Of a stretch of DNA of 53,822 nucleotides, positions 46,460 through 53,822 are shown piece after piece. Source of the stretch: Coleofasciculus sp. B1-GNL1-01 (lineage in GTDB: Bacteria; Cyanobacteriota; Cyanobacteriia; Cyanobacteriales; Coleofasciculaceae); assembly GCA_040220235.1 (NCBI GenBank), contig JAVJTO010000050.1. One strand, given 5' to 3'. Made by a program: the position numbers and the translations under genes. Each line of letters starts with the position of its first letter. Position 1 is the first letter of the stretch. A model generated the notes under the pieces. It did no database searches. It was not told the DNA's origin and saw only the letters and a program-made list of their open reading frames with translations.

Positions 46460-48199
46460 GTGATTTACTGTATTAATCCCCACTGTCAACAGCGTCAAAA
46501 TCCCGATGAATTGGAGTGTTGCCAAACCTGCGGTACTCCACTATTGATTCATGACCGATATCGGTTGATTCAACCCCTACGTCGATTAGATTCGCGGAAA
46601 TATACCGATATCTTTGAGGTGGATGATCAGGGAACCGGGAAAGTGATGAAGGTTCTCAAAGATAATCATGCCAAATTAGTTGAACTGTTTGAACGGGAAG
46701 CTTTGACGCTGGAACTGTTAAATCATCCAGGAATTCCGAAAGTTGAGAGTGATGGGTATTTTACGGTTACTGTTAATAATAACACAGAATTACACTGCCT
46801 AGTTCTGGAAAAAATTGAGGGACAGAATTTAGAAGCCTGGGCAAAACAGTATGGGGCGATTTCTCAATCATTAGCGCTCAACTGGCTGAGACAACTTCTG
46901 GAGATTATTGATTACTTGCACCAAAACCAATTCTTTCATCGGGATATTAAACCCAGTAATATTATCCTGAAGCCGGATGGCAGATTGGTATTGATTGATT
47001 TTGGTAGTGTGCGGGAGATTACCGAGACGTACTTGGCTAAACTTCGGGGCGATGTTGAACTAACTAAGATTATATCAGAAGGATACACCGCACCGGAGCA
47101 AATTCAGGGTAAATGTTTGCCTCAGTCTGATTTTTATGCTTTGGGACGCACGTTGGTTTATTTACTCACGAATAAACCGCCCAGTTGCTTACCTGTCAAT
47201 CCTAAAACAGGTCAGTTAATTTGGCAAGATAAAGCACCGCAAATCTCTAAACCTTTGGCAGAGTTTATCGATGATTTGATGGCGGATGCGGCGGTGAATC
47301 GTCCCCAAGATGTGAAAGCGATCGCGCAGGGGTTAACCCGCGTCAGTTTGTGGTTGCGGGGGTTGGGTTGCTGGGTGCGATCGCCTAAAGGAATTGCCAC
47401 TATTATTACTCTAGGAATCATGGGAATTGGCGGATATCATGTCTCACAACCTTGGCGATTTCAGTATTATTTTAAACAGGGACGAGAAGATCTCATGGAA
47501 CTTCGCTTAGAGCAAGCTAGATTAAATCTGGAACGAGCGGTTAAAATTAATCCTAATAGTGCCATAGCGCGTAGTGACTTAGGACTGATTTGTAATTATC
47601 AAGAAGACTTTAAATGTGCTAAAGAACAATTCATCCAAGCTTTACAACTAAAGCCAGACGCTGAAACAAGGGCAACACTTCACTACAATTTAGGAGTACT
47701 TTACGAGTTAGAAATACCCCACAAAGACATCGAAAAATTTGACCTTGAACAGGCGCTGGCTGAATATAAACGTGCCATGCAAGATAACGGTTATGTCGGT
47801 ATTGATGCTACGAACAATTTCGCCCGTCTGCAAATCTGGAAAAAGTTGAATTATGACTTAGCGATTAATCTGCTATTCAAGGCATTGAAGCGTACAGAAA
47901 CCCTGGATTTAGATCAGACCGAAAAAAATAGTCTCCAATCCGTACTCTACAAAAATATCGGCTGGGCATTTAGACAAAAAGCTAACTATCAGCAAGCCGA
48001 GAACTATTTGCAAGCTGCTATTACTCTAGATGAAACCCAAGCTGCGCCACACTGCTTACTCGCCCAAGTACAGCAAAAACAAGGCGATGAGAAAAATGCA
48101 CTGATTTCCTGGAAAAACTGCCTTGAATTTGAGTCGAGAGGATTGCCCGAAGTTCAAACTTGGCAAGGTGAAGCCCAGGAATATTTAAATTCACAGTAA
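46460..48199 (+). CDS. Ser/Thr kinase with 4-Cys prefix, TM helix and TPRs
   Basis: YCINPHC...CQTCG, HRDIKPSN, DFG, YTAPE; TM helix; TPRs; GTG start inferred. Confidence 0.88.
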   Translation: MIYCINPHCQQRQNPDELECCQTCGTPLLIHDRYRLIQPLRRLDSRKYTDIFEVDDQGTGKVMKVLKDNHAKLVELFEREALTLELLNHPGIPKVESDGYFTVTVNNNTELHCLVLEKIEGQNLEAWAKQYGAISQSLALNWLRQLLEIIDYLHQNQFFHRDIKPSNIILKPDGRLVLIDFGSVREITETYLAKLRGDVELTKIISEGYTAPEQIQGKCLPQSDFYALGRTLVYLLTNKPPSCLPVNPKTGQLIWQDKAPQISKPLAEFIDDLMADAAVNRPQDVKAIAQGLTRVSLWLRGLGCWVRSPKGIATIITLGIMGIGGYHVSQPWRFQYYFKQGREDLMELRLEQARLNLERAVKINPNSAIARSDLGLICNYQEDFKCAKEQFIQALQLKPDAETRATLHYNLGVLYELEIPHKDIEKFDLEQALAEYKRAMQDNGYVGIDATNNFARLQIWKKLNYDLAINLLFKALKRTETLDLDQTEKNSLQSVLYKNIGWAFRQKANYQQAENYLQAAITLDETQAAPHCLLAQVQQKQGDEKNALISWKNCLEFESRGLPEVQTWQGEAQEYLNSQ

Positions 48200-48361
48200 T
48201 TCTACAGAACAACGGTGCGTTACGCTGCGCTAACGCACCCTACGATTTTGTTCAGACAAGCAACAATTTTGTTAATACAAGCAATAGTGATAGCAATGTA
48301 GCCATTAATGTCTATACAATGATATTAATGTTTTGTGCTGCTACCGTGCTTTTGTGTTAAT

Positions 48362-49339
48362 ATGAAGCCTAAGGTATTATTTTCCTTACTCGTCGCATTT
48401 GCTCTAGCAATGGGAATCGAAAGCATTGTTTGGCAACGTGCGATCGCGGATACCCAAAACCCCAAGCCAATCTGCCCAGAAAATGGTCCTTGTCGTTTCC
48501 CTCGTCGCAGTGGTTTTACGGATATTCGGGTTATCACTCCCCCCAGAGGTTCGCTGCTAAATCCTCAACCTACCTTGTCTTGGACACCGCTAGCCGATAC
48601 TCAAGAGTATACCGTGCGTTTGTTGCGATCGGGGGAAACTGTCTGGGAATTACCGAATGTGCGAGACACCGAAATTTCCTATCCGGCTAATCAATCTCCA
48701 TTAACTCCTGGGATTAATTATGAATTAATGGTTGAGGCGGATGGAAAGGCGGGGAAATCGATGTTTAGACTGATGACATCCAGCCAAGCTGAATCTGTTA
48801 TGGCTGAGGTGGAAGAGATTCGCCAGCAGAATCTGAGTGCAGATGAAATGGCTTTACAACTTGCCCAAGTTTACCAAGATTATGACTTGATGACTCTGGC
48901 GATTCAAACGCTAACAGACGCGATTGAAAAAAATCGCCAAAATTTAGAGGTTTATCAGAGTCTGGGGAATTTATATAATCGATTGGAGTTACCGAGAGTA
49001 GCAGAATTAGTTTATCAAGAATCCCTAGATTTGGCAAGAAGTCGTCAAGATATTGCCGGACTTGCCCAGGCGCAAATTGGACTGGCGAGATCCTTTGTGG
49101 CGCAGGAAAAATTACCGCAAGCTGTTGAGGTGTTAACGGCAGCATACAGCCATTATCAGCAGTTAAATAATGCTGAATTGACTCCGCAAGTAGCCCAGTT
49201 TTTAGGCGAAGTTTATGAAATGGATAATAATTATGAAGAGGCGCGGCTTTGGTATCAAGAAGCTAAGGTGGGATATGAGGCAATTGGTGCTGAACAGCGG
49301 ATTGAGAACATAGAAAAAGCGATGCAGCGATTAAATTGA
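48362..49339 (+). CDS. Exported protein with a DUF928-like beta domain and TPRs
   Basis: Signal peptide; PTLSWTP, LTPGINYEL; C-terminal TPR helices. Confidence 0.7.
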   Translation: MKPKVLFSLLVAFALAMGIESIVWQRAIADTQNPKPICPENGPCRFPRRSGFTDIRVITPPRGSLLNPQPTLSWTPLADTQEYTVRLLRSGETVWELPNVRDTEISYPANQSPLTPGINYELMVEADGKAGKSMFRLMTSSQAESVMAEVEEIRQQNLSADEMALQLAQVYQDYDLMTLAIQTLTDAIEKNRQNLEVYQSLGNLYNRLELPRVAELVYQESLDLARSRQDIAGLAQAQIGLARSFVAQEKLPQAVEVLTAAYSHYQQLNNAELTPQVAQFLGEVYEMDNNYEEARLWYQEAKVGYEAIGAEQRIENIEKAMQRLN

Positions 49340-49595
49340 TTTGTCATAGACTCAAATGCTGACGTAGCTGACGTAGTGGACTGACCCAGCTAATTTGGTG
49401 AAATAGATTTGGTTCGTAGTGAGGGCTTTAGCCCTCTCCAGCTAGGCGTTAAAGCACTAAAGTGCTTACTACAAACAAAGTCCTATTTTAACCCGGTCAC
49501 GCCAGTACATTTTGACTATGATAAGTTGATTGTCGGTTGGGTTTACGTAGAAAACCCAACATTTTTACAGGCTAAGGTTCCCTTACTACGAACGA

Positions 49596-52331
49596 TTAAA
49601 ACCAGTTTCCGGCGAGGATGAATGCTGCCCAATAGTAAGGATGTTTATGGGATGGATTATCGGGATTCGTTAGAAGTTTTCGTTGCGCGTTGGCTAGGGC
49701 TTCGGCTTTGGGAATGCCTTGATTTAATTGCTGGTAGAATTCGTTCATTAATTGGGCGGTAGAATTATCACTAACTCGCCATAAACTAGCGACGGTACTA
49801 CTAGCATTTGTTCTTAAGGCGACTCCGGCTAATCCTAGGGCGGCGCGTTGATCTCCAGAGGCTGTTTGACAGGCGCTGAGGACTAATAATTGAATCGGTT
49901 CGCTGCGAGTTTGTTCTCTCTGTTGCAGGAGTTGACCAAATTTTTCTACGGGTATTTCCTTGTCCCAAGCGTAGATGACGGTTTTGGTTGCATCTGAACT
50001 AAATTCGCCGTGGGTGGCTAGATGAATTACGGAAAATGGATGGTCAATCAGTCGGTTTAGGAAGTTGGTTTGGGTAAATTGTTCGTTTTCTAGAAGTTGG
50101 CTGGGGACAGTATTATGAATCTGATGTAGTTCCTCCCAGACACTGGATAAGGGGGGTAATTGGGGTGGGTAACTATCGGCTTGTTTATGAATTCCGGCTA
50201 GTAGCCCTTGCCAATTGCTTGGGGATAAGGGTTTAAGGTTGGGAAATTGTGACCCGAGGCTAACGGTAATGTTATAGGTTTCGATTAAGTAATGCTGACC
50301 ATCGTGGAGAATGGAAAGGGGGAGATTTTGTAGGGTGCTATCCAGTACAAAGACTAGAGTTCCGGTTTTGGGTAAGTCTGCTTGCGCTGATTTTAGTAAC
50401 CAGTTATAGAGTTTTTGGGCAGAGGGTAAAATGAGGGTGTTGACTGGATTTTGGTAGTCGTCTAATTGGTGGCGTAAGTCGTAGAGGGTTTGGCTAAAGT
50501 CTTTAGCAGAAACTTGGGTTGTATACCGATAAACGTTTGCCGGAGATGATTCAGATTGGGGCAATTTAACTAGAACTTCGAGGCGGTCTTCGAGTAAAAT
50601 GGGATAAATAATTGCATCGGGGGGATTTTCACTTTGGTCAATGGAGACTAAGTTGGTAAAGCTACAGCGGAGAAAGTCTTCGAGTTCAGCCAGTTGTAGG
50701 GCTTCGCTGATGCGTGTGGCTTGGCGGAGATGGTCAAGATTGGCGTCGGGTTGGAGTAGGATTTGCAGGAATTCTTGATAAATGGGTCGCACATCGTCTA
50801 AGAAGGAAAACTGCACGCCAGGGTTGATGGCTAATAAGTTCCGCCGCACGGAATTAAGTACGTTGATTGAGGTGTTATAGGCGTGAATGGCGTTTTCTTT
50901 TTGCTGTTGTTGCCAATAAATTCGTCCCGATTGCCATAACCATTTATAGGCTAAGTCTTCGGTGTCAAGGGATTGGGCTAAACCGAGGGCTTGATGGGTT
51001 AAGTCTTGGGCATCTTTCCATTGGTGATTGTGTTCGTAAATGTGACCTAAGGTGCCCAGGGCTTCAGATTCTGCCCGTTTGTTTTGCAGGGATTTTGCCT
51101 GGTTAAATGCGGTTTGGCTATAATTTAGGGCATGACTAAAGTTTGGGTCATATTGGGGTAATTGCAGTAATTCTTGGGCAAAGGTGAGTTGGCTATAAAT
51201 GGCGATTTTACTGGGCGGTAAGTTGGCAAGGGGACTGTTGAGTAATGTTTCAACTTGGGATTTTATTTGAGGGGTAAATTCGGCGGGGTTTGCGGTTGTA
51301 TCGGTTTTGGCTAGGGTTTGTAACCACTGTTGAAAGTCGATTAATAAATGGAGTCGATGTAGTTGGACTTCTAGGGGTAGGGTGGTGGAGTCGGTGTTGA
51401 TGGCGGCGGCTTGCTGATAGGAGTTTAATGCATCCCTTGCCAATTCTTTGGCTTTGTCGCGATTTTCGATTATATTACTTCTCTCCCATAAGTCTTTGGC
51501 TTGACGGTATAAGGCGTATTGGGTTTTACCTAAACTGAATAATGTAGCACTTTGGTTGGATGGGGAGTCGATTTGTGCGGCTAAGTCTAAGGCTTGGTGT
51601 AACATAAGGTTTGACTCTTGCCAATGTCCAACCAGGCGGAGAACATTTCCTAGATGGCGTAACCCGACAACGGTAAATGCGGGTTGAGAGTGCTGGGTAA
51701 AGGTGTTAACGGCGGCGTCTAATTCGCCTGACTCAGATAAGTTGCAATGATTGTCTACCTGGAGGGCTTGCAGGGAAATCTGACAGGCGCGACGATAGAA
51801 TCCCAAAGCTTCCATGGCTTGGGCTTGGTTGAATCGGCTACCTGTGACGCCGATGTCATCATCGAGTTGCTGATAGATTTGCGTGGCTTGCTTCCAGGTG
51901 GCTAATGCAGATTCCGCCCGCCCTAAGGCTAATTCTAGACGACCTTGGTGATTCAGGGCTTGAGCATAAAGGCGCGATCGCTCTGTTGATTCTGCTACGG
52001 TATCTAATAGAGTCAGACTGGCTGTGATGGCGGCGTCGGCGTCTGTCCATTGGTGCAGTTTTTGATAGGCTAAGGAGAGATAACTCAAGGCTTGGGCTTG
52101 ATGCAGGGTATCCCCTTGGGTTTCGTAGCCTTGGGCGGCTTGTCGCCAGAAGTGAATGGCTTGTTGATACTCTTTGGCGGCGTAATAGGTTCTCCCTTGG
52201 GTTATAGATTGGGCGGCGGATTGGATAGGGGGGGTAATTGTATCCAGTTGGGATAAGACAGGGGGGATACCGATGAATAGGAATAATCCGAGAATAAATC
52301 CAATGAGTAGATGGCGATTGTTATTAGTCAT
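49596..52331 (-). CDS. Exported TPR-CHAT (caspase-like) protease
   Basis: Signal peptide, TPRs, HLATHGEF, LLVLSACQTA, ASLWRV, HPYYWAAFILAGNW. Confidence 0.93.
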   Translation of the reverse strand: MTNNNRHLLIGFILGLFLFIGIPPVLSQLDTITPPIQSAAQSITQGRTYYAAKEYQQAIHFWRQAAQGYETQGDTLHQAQALSYLSLAYQKLHQWTDADAAITASLTLLDTVAESTERSRLYAQALNHQGRLELALGRAESALATWKQATQIYQQLDDDIGVTGSRFNQAQAMEALGFYRRACQISLQALQVDNHCNLSESGELDAAVNTFTQHSQPAFTVVGLRHLGNVLRLVGHWQESNLMLHQALDLAAQIDSPSNQSATLFSLGKTQYALYRQAKDLWERSNIIENRDKAKELARDALNSYQQAAAINTDSTTLPLEVQLHRLHLLIDFQQWLQTLAKTDTTANPAEFTPQIKSQVETLLNSPLANLPPSKIAIYSQLTFAQELLQLPQYDPNFSHALNYSQTAFNQAKSLQNKRAESEALGTLGHIYEHNHQWKDAQDLTHQALGLAQSLDTEDLAYKWLWQSGRIYWQQQQKENAIHAYNTSINVLNSVRRNLLAINPGVQFSFLDDVRPIYQEFLQILLQPDANLDHLRQATRISEALQLAELEDFLRCSFTNLVSIDQSENPPDAIIYPILLEDRLEVLVKLPQSESSPANVYRYTTQVSAKDFSQTLYDLRHQLDDYQNPVNTLILPSAQKLYNWLLKSAQADLPKTGTLVFVLDSTLQNLPLSILHDGQHYLIETYNITVSLGSQFPNLKPLSPSNWQGLLAGIHKQADSYPPQLPPLSSVWEELHQIHNTVPSQLLENEQFTQTNFLNRLIDHPFSVIHLATHGEFSSDATKTVIYAWDKEIPVEKFGQLLQQREQTRSEPIQLLVLSACQTASGDQRAALGLAGVALRTNASSTVASLWRVSDNSTAQLMNEFYQQLNQGIPKAEALANAQRKLLTNPDNPSHKHPYYWAAFILAGNWF

Positions 52332-52510
52332 TCGTCATTTGTCCTTTGTCATTTGTTGTTTGTTGTTTGGGAAGTGCATCGATTTAACTCAATCCTGGAT
52401 GGGGCGCACGTCTTTATTAGTGTCAATTTAAGGTAAAAAGCATGACTGGTAAGGTTTTCACCCTCATCCCCTAACCCCTTCTCCCATCAAGGGAGAAGGG
52501 GAACTGACAT

Positions 52511-53350
52511 TTAGGTTAAGTCTTGAATTTCGGCAATGCTTAATCCGGTTTTTTGACTGATTGTTTCAACATCTAAAACATCAAGGAGTTCACGGGCAAT
52601 GGCATTTGCTTTTTCGTTCATACCTTCCTCTTTTCCTTCCAGTTTGGCTTTACGAATCGCATTTTGACTATCGTGAATAAATAGCTCTCGCTTCTCTAGG
52701 GCTTCTAACTCTCGCTTGGTTAGTTTACTCTGTCTGGCGATAGTAAATGCCTGTTTCATGGCGGGAATCGTTGCCATTGGCGGCGGCACGTCTTTTAAGG
52801 TGTTGGCAAATTTGAGAAAGTAGAGCCATTTATCGGTTAAGGTTTCTGATTCCTCCAAGGTTTTATTGAATTTGGGTAATTCGACAAAGACTAATTCAAT
52901 ATCATCGGTATAATCGGTTAAGGTTTCTTTCTGCTTGAGGCAATAGCGAGAGATGACTTTGGCACTGTTGGCGAACATCTCAAAGTCAGTAATGGTTAAG
53001 GCAATCACCGGATTTAAGAGGTTGTAATCTTCCCCAACTCCCAGTTGAATTGAAAAGGCTTCAGCGGCATTATACAGGACTCGTTTTTCAAAGCCTAAAA
53101 CATTAAGTACCTGCATTTCAATGATGACGGTTTTGTTTCCGGTGATGACGGCTTTCACATCTAAATAGGAATCCTTAATTCCCTGGATGCGAGGCGATTG
53201 ATAAGGGTCAAGGATTTCTAGGTCTTGAATCATCTCCTGTTCTTGATACAGAATGGCATTCAGGAAACTAATCAAAATTTCCTTACTTTTCTTCGACCCA
53301 AAAATCTTCTTAAAGGCAAAATCGGTTTTCGGATTAATAAACGTCATCAA
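52511..53350 (-). CDS. Rpn-family PD-(D/E)XK nuclease (putative transposase)
   Basis: PKTDFAFKKIFG, LDVKA, IIEMQ, FVELPKF, TGLS tail. Confidence 0.9.
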   Translation of the reverse strand: MMTFINPKTDFAFKKIFGSKKSKEILISFLNAILYQEQEMIQDLEILDPYQSPRIQGIKDSYLDVKAVITGNKTVIIEMQVLNVLGFEKRVLYNAAEAFSIQLGVGEDYNLLNPVIALTITDFEMFANSAKVISRYCLKQKETLTDYTDDIELVFVELPKFNKTLEESETLTDKWLYFLKFANTLKDVPPPMATIPAMKQAFTIARQSKLTKRELEALEKRELFIHDSQNAIRKAKLEGKEEGMNEKANAIARELLDVLDVETISQKTGLSIAEIQDLT

Positions 53351-53503
53351 TCATCCACCTCCTATTTATTTCCGAACCATCAACCCCTCACCTCCCCACC
53401 ACTCAATCCCTCTGCGCCCTCTGCGTAAACCTCTGCGAACCTCTGCGTTAAAAAATATACCCTCGATACTCATCAACTCAATCTCCTCATTATCCCCCAC
53501 TTA

Positions 53504-53822
53504 TCACTCAACCGCACTCTGACAATGTATCGGATTTTGCCAACCCGGATGAGGAGTAACATTAGGCGCTTGGGCGGTGAGAACAATTGTTCCATCGGGT
53601 AATTTTAGGAAGCCTTGGGCTTCAATGATTGGGGTTGAACGAGTCTGGGTTACAGGTTCAATTTTTGCCGGAGAGTTATCACTACTGGGAGTCAACGGAC
53701 GTAAATCTTCCCACACATTATCGGTTCCCGTGACTTGAGAAATTGTGGGCGGAACTCCGCCGCGTCCACTGATGATAAAATGACTGGGAGTTTGGTCAGA
53801 ACGCCCTTGACAGAAATTGACA
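53504..53822 (-). CDS. 3' end of a filamentous-haemagglutinin-like (TpsA) exoprotein (partial)
   Basis: C...FIISGRGGVPP, WEDLR, IIEAQGF...DGTIVLTA...C, the typical cyanobacterial TpsA C-terminus. Confidence 0.8.
   Translation of the reverse strand, partial: VNFCQGRSDQTPSHFIISGRGGVPPTISQVTGTDNVWEDLRPLTPSSDNSPAKIEPVTQTRSTPIIEAQGFLKLPDGTIVLTAQAPNVTPHPGWQNPIHCQSAVE

Overview
53.8-kb window from a filamentous cyanobacterium (dense HIP1 GCGATCGC sites, STRR heptamer arrays, SDR/REP-like palindromes; Coleofasciculus/Oscillatoriales-like is my inference). Region 1-17.3 kb is a rearranged accessory island with three tandem DUF4157 (eCIS-core, HExxH) proteins that carry different C-terminal tips (Ntox16-like, Tlde1/DUF2778-like, and an unassigned beta-rich domain), each followed by a different candidate immunity gene. 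The two intact copies also have a private ~72-aa linker ending DNSxxxRxC and are followed by a ComQ-like (DDLED, no RRG, NDxxS) prenyltransferase. The array is divergent from an eCIS-type AAA ATPase and is littered with Uma2, toxin-antitoxin (TA), RAYT, IS1634 and ISAs1 pieces that often break at HIP1 sites. This toxin-immunity-prenyltransferase cassette is the best candidate for an undescribed system. The rest of the window holds an FHA kinase, hisA, a transglutaminase-like protein, four tandem DUF928 genes, a coiled-coil/longin-TM-BON-OmpA/Rab-like GTPase/PAS kinase operon, mutL, a TA/defence island, a phosphoketolase-like enzyme, a P450, an NB-ARC/kinase-TPR/TPR cluster, a CHAT protease, an Rpn nuclease and the 3' end of a TpsA-like exoprotein. 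All family calls come from motif recognition by eye; no database searches were run.
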